Below are positions 44,822-47,423 of a DNA stretch of 47,423 bases, piece by piece. A program made the position numbers and the translations under genes. This stretch comes from Polyangiaceae bacterium (GTDB lineage Bacteria; Myxococcota_A; Polyangia; Polyangiales; Polyangiaceae), in assembly GCA_035063585.1 (NCBI GenBank), contig JAPSGB010000035.1, forward strand, positions 1 through 47,423, given 5' to 3'. The notes beneath the pieces are model-generated. The model had not been told where the DNA came from, searched no databases, and saw only the letters and a program-made list of their open reading frames with translations. The first letter of the stretch is position 1; the number at the start of each line of letters is the position of its first letter.

Positions 44822-46279
44822 TCAAAAGCGCCGATCGAAGGGGTTCGCGCTCGCGGCAGGCTTTACGGTGGTCGCGTGAGGCGGCGGGACCAATCCCTTC
44901 GTGGTGGGCTCCGGCGAACGGCCACCGCTCGCGGCCGGCTTCACCTGGCCCGTCGCGGCGGGCTTGTGAGCGACGGGCGGAGGGCGCGGAGCCGACGGCC
45001 CGGGCGCGGCGGACGGCGCGGACGGTGGTAGCGGCGCCTCGACGGGGGCCGGCTCCGCCGCCTCCGGTGTCTTCGCCGGTTGCGCGGCGGGTACGACTCG
45101 AGGCTCGAGCGGCTCGGCGCTCGAGCCGGCGGAGGCGCTGCTCGGCGCTCGCAGCGCGAACGCGCCGACGACCACGAGCGCCGCCGCGCCGAGCCCCGCG
45201 AGCCACACCGCGACGCGCCCGCGCCGAACCGGCACCCGCCCGCGCCCCTCGGCGGAGCGCAGCATCACCTGGTCGGTGGCGAGCGTGTCGTTCGGGCGGC
45301 CGCTCCGGACCGAGGTCATCGCTGGCGCGGCCGCGAGCGTGTCCGAAGGCGCGGCGAGCACCACCGACGCGCGCGGCACGCTCGGCGGCGCCTCGAAGCT
45401 CGGCGAGGCCATGGCGGCGCGCGCCGCCGCCTGCATCGCGCTCGCGCTCGGGAAGCGGTCCGCTTTGTCGTAGGCGAGCGCGCGATCGACCAGCGCGACC
45501 ACTTCGTCCGGTAGCCCCTGCATGACCGAGCCCAGGCTCGGCGCGGGCGTGGTCGCCGAGAGGATGAGCTGCTCGTTCACCGTCTCGGCGTCGTGCACGA
45601 ACGTCCCGGTGAGCAGCGTGAAGAGCGTGGCGCCGACGCCCCAGAGATCGGTGCGCTCGTCCACCTCATCCCAGCGGCCGCGCGCCTGCTCGGGCGCCAT
45701 GAACGCCGGCGTGCCGAGCAGCGAGCCGGCCCGCGTGCCGGCGGCGCTCTTGCCAGACAGCTCGCGCAGCCGCGCGATCCCGAAGTCGAGCACTTTCACC
45801 CGGCCGTCGGTCGTCAGAAATAGGTTCTCCGGCTTGATGTCGCGGTGCACGATCCCCGCGACATGAGCGGTCGCGAGCACGTCGAGGAGTTGCTCGGCGA
45901 TGGGGAGCACCTCCGCGACCGGCAGCGACTCGCCCTTGCGCTGCCAGCGCGACTCGAGCGTCTCGCCGAGCAAGAGCTCCATCACGAGGAACGGCGCGCC
46001 ATCCTCCGTGACGTCGTCGTCGAGGATCTTCACCGTGCCGGGGTGGTTCACGCTGTTGGCGACATACCCCTCGCGCAGGAAGCGCTTGGTCACCTCCGCA
46101 TCGAGCGCGACCTCCGGGTGCAGCATCTTGATGGCGACGCGATTCTGGTTGCGGTGCGTCGCGGCGTAGACCGTGGCCATCCCCCCGACGCCGAGCACGC
46201 GGTCGAGGCTCCACTTTCCCTTGAGCGTGGTGCCGAGCCGCGCTTCCGCGCGATCGGAGACGTCATCCCGGAGCGCCAT
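44822..46279 (-). CDS. Hanks-type Ser/Thr protein kinase with TM helix and Pro-rich C-terminus
   Basis: LGVGGMATVY, VAIK, HRDIKPEN, DFG, GTPAFMAPEQ, DLWGVG; TM segment VAVWLAGLGAAALVVVGAFAL. Confidence 0.93.
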   Translation of the reverse strand: MALRDDVSDRAEARLGTTLKGKWSLDRVLGVGGMATVYAATHRNQNRVAIKMLHPEVALDAEVTKRFLREGYVANSVNHPGTVKILDDDVTEDGAPFLVMELLLGETLESRWQRKGESLPVAEVLPIAEQLLDVLATAHVAGIVHRDIKPENLFLTTDGRVKVLDFGIARLRELSGKSAAGTRAGSLLGTPAFMAPEQARGRWDEVDERTDLWGVGATLFTLLTGTFVHDAETVNEQLILSATTPAPSLGSVMQGLPDEVVALVDRALAYDKADRFPSASAMQAAARAAMASPSFEAPPSVPRASVVLAAPSDTLAAAPAMTSVRSGRPNDTLATDQVMLRSAEGRGRVPVRRGRVAVWLAGLGAAALVVVGAFALRAPSSASAGSSAEPLEPRVVPAAQPAKTPEAAEPAPVEAPLPPSAPSAAPGPSAPRPPPVAHKPAATGQVKPAASGGRSPEPTTKGLVPPPHATTVKPAASANPFDRRF

Positions 46280-46531
46280 CGTGAGTTCCTGCTTCGCTGC
46301 GACCTGGAACGGCCCGCGACCCGTTCACCTTACAATGACCGATGCTACGTCCAATCGTCGCGAAGAATTTCCCGTGGCTGCCGTAAAAAAACCAGCATCC
46401 ACGCGAACTTGCCCACATTATCTCACCCTTCCCGGGCCCGAGTGTCGGCTCGGCGCGGCGGCGGCGCGGGAAGAAACGACGGCGCGCGCGCGTAAACTGC
46501 GTGGGTCGGCTACTCTCGGCCGTCGAGGAGC

Positions 46532-46897
46532 ATGATGAAGATGAAGCTCGTGAATCCCGTTCTGAGGCGCGCGGCGCTCACCCTCGCGGTGGGTGCCGGG
46601 CTGGCTGGTTCCTTCTACGCCGGCGCCGCGTATGCCGCCGACGCGGCGCTCGATGACGCGAACGCGCACCTCGAGAAGGCGGTCCTGCTCTTGAAGAGCG
46701 CGCAGAACCCGAACGCCAAGAACCCGAAGGCGCCGTTCGGCGGGCACCGCATGCTCGCCGTGAAGGCGATCGAGCTCGCCGAGAAGGAGATCGCCAAGGC
46801 CAAGGCCTTCGCCGACAAGCCCGCCCCTCCGCCGAAGGACAAGGGCAAGGACCGCGGCGGCAAGCACCATCACGGCGATCACGGTCATCATCACTGA
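46532..46897 (+). CDS. Small secreted helical protein with His-rich C-terminus
   Basis: GAGGAG RBS; signal peptide ending AYA; GGHR motif; tail KHHHGDHGHHH. Confidence 0.75.
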   Translation: MMKMKLVNPVLRRAALTLAVGAGLAGSFYAGAAYAADAALDDANAHLEKAVLLLKSAQNPNAKNPKAPFGGHRMLAVKAIELAEKEIAKAKAFADKPAPPPKDKGKDRGGKHHHGDHGHHH

Positions 46898-46965
46898 CCC
46901 GTGACCGCCCGCCATAGCCGGTTTCGGATTTTCTCGGCCTGAACTAAGCTCGCTCCGGAGCATCC

Positions 46966-47423
46966 ATGCCGGGCCTGCGTCTCCACTCGCTCTTGACGGC
47001 GCTCTGCGTCGTGAACGCGACCGCGTGCGCGGTGTCGTTCGACGGCTATGAGCTCTACGATGACGCCGGCGCACGCGACGGGAGCAGCACGGGCGGCTCA
47101 TCCGGGAATGGGAGCGGCGGCGCGGCGGGGGCGGGCGGCTCATCCGGGAATGGGAGCGGCGGCGCGGCGGGGGCGGGCGGCTCATCCGGGGCGGGCGGCT
47201 CATCCGGGAGTGGGAGCGGTGGCGCAGCGGGGGCGGGCGGCTCATCCGGGATGGGCGGCTTCGCCGGGGCGAGCGGGGGCACGGGTGGCACCGGCGGCTC
47301 CGACACGGGTGGCACCGGCGGCTCCGGCACGGGTGGCACCGGCGGCTCCGGCACGGGTGGCACCGGCGGCTCCGGCACGGGTGGCACCGGCGGCTCCGGC
47401 ACGGGTGGCACCGGCGGCTCCGG
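46966..47423 (+). CDS. Gly/Ser/Thr-rich probable lipoprotein, runs off the window end (not in the ORF track)
   Basis: GGAG RBS, ATG 46966: MPGLRLHSLLTALCVVNATACAVSFDGYELYDDAG followed by GGSSGNGSGGAAGA and GTGGTGGS repeats; no stop before the window end. Confidence 0.75.
   Translation, partial: MPGLRLHSLLTALCVVNATACAVSFDGYELYDDAGARDGSSTGGSSGNGSGGAAGAGGSSGNGSGGAAGAGGSSGAGGSSGSGSGGAAGAGGSSGMGGFAGASGGTGGTGGSDTGGTGGSGTGGTGGSGTGGTGGSGTGGTGGSGTGGTGGS
47091..47423 (+). repeat. Coding tandem repeats: ~3 x 42 bp, then 6 x 24 bp
   Basis: 42-bp unit GGGCGGCTCATCCGGGAATGGGAGCGGCGGCGCGGCGGGGGC from 47091; 24-bp unit GGCACGGGTGGCACCGGCGGCTCC from 47278, near-identical copies. Confidence 0.9.

Noticed and set aside
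43567..45525. 652-aa + strand ORF beginning with the duplicated lipoprotein C-terminus
   Set aside because: It arises from loss of the stop in repeat copy 2 and reads antisense through the TPR/PEGA and kinase genes; the composition is Arg/Ala-rich shadow type.
47055..47411. Minus-strand PPVPEPPV repeat ORF
   Set aside because: It is the reverse complement of the Gly-rich repeat of the + strand gene, which has an RBS and a signal peptide.
47091..47423. CRISPR array
   Set aside because: The repeats are contiguous, in-frame and have no unique spacers; no cas genes are present.

Overview
Very GC-rich (roughly 70%+, estimated by eye) bacterial DNA. It is most likely from a myxobacterium of the Polyangiaceae/Sorangiineae type; this is an inference from the Ser/Thr kinase plus TPR/PEGA-like gene pair and the many Gly-rich lipoproteins. 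About 43 genes are supportable. Housekeeping genes: miaB, a long-chain acyl-CoA ligase, a UvrD/Rep helicase, catalase, htpG and pdxH. Respiratory block: menA, an orphan ccmH-like gene, an 11-gene nuoABCDHIJKLMN operon with no nuoEFG, an adrenodoxin-reductase-type ferredoxin-NADP reductase and menG/ubiE. Hydrolases: a metzincin lipoprotein, a C69 peptidase and a GH5 endoglycoceramidase-like lipoprotein. There are also a histone H1-like gene and several uncharacterised repeat-domain lipoproteins. The strongest novelty candidate is a MoeB/ThiF (E1-like) gene lacking the N-terminal RYSRQ arginine-finger segment. It is translationally coupled to a 95-aa degenerate E1 paralogue that keeps exactly that segment, suggesting a heterodimeric (active + inactive subunit) bacterial E1. 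Other notable items: a 161-bp direct repeat bracketing an 832-bp insert between two convergent genes, decayed IS3 and possible Rhs remnants at the left edge, and a lactonase/Fe-ADH/hydrolase operon. No rRNA, tRNA or CRISPR array was seen. All assignments are from motif recognition by eye; no database searches were run.
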